Shown: positions 63,578 through 64,000 of the stretch, piece by piece
How positions within the stretch are numbered: position 1 is the stretch's first letter
How the letters are laid out: each line of letters begins with the position of its first letter
DNA from: Octopus bimaculoides
Taxonomy: Eukaryota
Direction: 5' to 3'
NCBI RefSeq assembly: GCF_001194135.2
Contig: NC_068988.1
Coordinates: 3,495,245-3,559,244, forward strand
Length of the DNA: 64,000 bases
Program-made: the position numbers and the translations under genes
The notes under the pieces: model-generated
Told to the model about the DNA's origin: nothing
The model's database searches: none
What the model saw: only the letters and a program-made list of their open reading frames with translations

Positions 63578-64000
63578 TACGACTTTACTTTCCAAGAAAA
63601 GAGGGGGGGGCCGTTGACTTTTACAACTGGAATTAACAATGAAGATTGCCATAATAGGCCTAAACACCTACCTGAAAAACTCTTATGACTGGATGTTAAA
63701 ACTTGTCTCAAAGCATGAAAATAAGAAAGCATCATACTCAGTAACAAAACAGGCAAAAGAATATCTGAGTGAATTCCAAATACAACAAATTCCGGAATTA
63801 GATGTACTAGAAACAAGCACAGAAAAAGCTAAACGCATGAAAACCTGTACTAAAACTGCTGCCTTAGATATTCTTACTGATAAATGGCAAGAAAACCTCT
63901 CAATGGCAAATACCCAAAGAGAGCTAATAGTGCCGATGTTGATAAAGACCTTACCTATCAATGGCTAATGGCTTCTGGCTTAAAATCAGAAACAGAAGGG
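63578..64000 (+). mobile_element. Dong/R4 LINE, post-RT region, running off the window end
   Basis: RLYFPRKEGG..QLELTMKIAIIGLNTYL..KWQE, then after a frameshift ..HQWLMASGLKSETEG, typical of the R4/Dong C-terminal domain. Confidence 0.85.

Overview
Strongly AT-rich, repeat-dense eukaryotic DNA from a draft assembly with many N gaps. The SINE, RTE, Dong/R4, Penelope and Tc1-mariner content and the dense microsatellites resemble an octopus-type cephalopod genome (inference, not proven). I found no intact protein-coding gene. The ORFs supplied come from microsatellites, gaps, a satellite or decayed transposons, so the window reads as intergenic or deep intronic. Recognisable TE remnants: a near full-length maT/DD37D-like Tc1-mariner (38.1-39.4 kb), a mariner fragment, Dong/R4 LINEs (34.1-37.0 kb and 63.4-64 kb), several RTE LINE pieces, a Penelope RT, a probable DIRS remnant, hAT-type and TTAA-ended MITEs, and many SINEs. 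The main result is a 345-nt, CpG-containing, highly structured unit at 48455-48818. On the minus strand its two ends supply complementary parts of a type I hammerhead ribozyme (long stem I, CCGACGA core, stem II, GAAA, palindromic stem III, AUC site). The full ribozyme forms only across a tandem or circular junction, as in a retrozyme or a Penelope pLTR. Also notable: a ~37-unit minisatellite whose core overlays STAT, ETS, HSF and kB-like motifs (29.4-30.4 kb), and a 63-nt near-perfect hairpin (53139-53201). TE boundaries are approximate unless exact termini are quoted.
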